Assembly (NCBI GenBank): GCA_035500505.1
Contig: DATJXE010000003.1
Location: forward strand, 70,921-134,920
Reading direction: 5' to 3'
DNA from: Minisyncoccota bacterium
Lineage (GTDB): Bacteria > Patescibacteriota > Minisyncoccia > Phycocordibacterales > UBA2100
Length of the DNA stretch: 64,000 nucleotides
A program made the translations under genes and the position numbers. The notes under the pieces were generated by a model. The model worked only from the letters and a program-made list of their open reading frames with translations, was not told where the DNA came from and made no database searches. Each line of letters opens with the position of its first letter. Within the stretch, counting starts at the first letter, position 1. Positions 63,985 through 64,000 of the stretch are shown here, in pieces.

Positions 63985-64000
63985 TTTGTGAACACGAGTC

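Noticed and set aside
1-64000. CRISPR arrays, rRNA genes, transposases, integrases, restriction-modification or toxin-antitoxin pairs
   Set aside because: No regularly spaced short direct repeats, no rRNA-like conserved stretches, and no ORF with recombinase, nuclease-methylase or toxin-antitoxin signatures was seen; the only mobility-like trace is the tRNA-Leu 3'-end duplication.

Overview
Summary: 64 kb of gene-dense, high-GC bacterial chromosome with about 75 protein-coding genes, mostly on the minus strand, and six tRNA genes. There is no rRNA, no CRISPR array and no transposase or integrase. Housekeeping content includes ftsK, recA, thrC, efp, the rpsF-ssb-rpsR operon, tatD, metG, an alpha2-type glyQS, ileS, argS, tmk, the rplK-nusG-secE block, rplS, rpsT and ruvA. 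Accessory content includes a complete cyoABCDE cytochrome bo3 oxidase operon, an ATP-citrate-lyase-like gene pair, a pilMNO-like block, an ECF sigma factor with a membrane partner, and a PIF1-like helicase. There is also a split riboflavin kinase / FMN adenylyltransferase flanking an EamA transporter, and a flavin module made of an FMN-binding protein, ApbE and a membrane flavoprotein. Two divergent GT4 glycosyltransferases flank a DedA gene, and many genes encode secreted or membrane proteins of unknown function. Short aaRS and RecO forms, a stand-alone tRNA-binding protein and very tight gene packing suggest a reduced-genome organism, but the lineage cannot be assigned from this window. The tRNA genes are His-GTG, Leu-GAG, Val-TAC, Arg-TCT, Ser-TGA and Arg-GCG. 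The most unusual signal is a family of three ~135-140 bp hairpin elements. Each has a perfect 25-29 bp terminal inverted repeat of copy-specific sequence around a conserved ~80-90 bp core. Each sits within 3-7 nt of a stop codon, and two of them bracket a SIMPL-domain gene cassette in inverted orientation next to secE. A second genome-wide pattern is a -10-like box (TGnTATACT, TACAAT or TACACT variants) placed 5-17 nt upstream of many start codons, which implies widespread leaderless or near-leaderless transcripts. Some of these boxes are GTATAC-centred palindromes shared by divergent gene pairs. The 19 terminal nucleotides of tRNA-Leu are duplicated 138 bp downstream, with a 19-bp hairpin between the copies, which looks like a small att-like scar. 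CDS coordinates follow the ORF track, with internal starts chosen where upstream context supports them. Hand-derived coordinates for RNAs, hairpins and promoters may be off by 1-2 nt.
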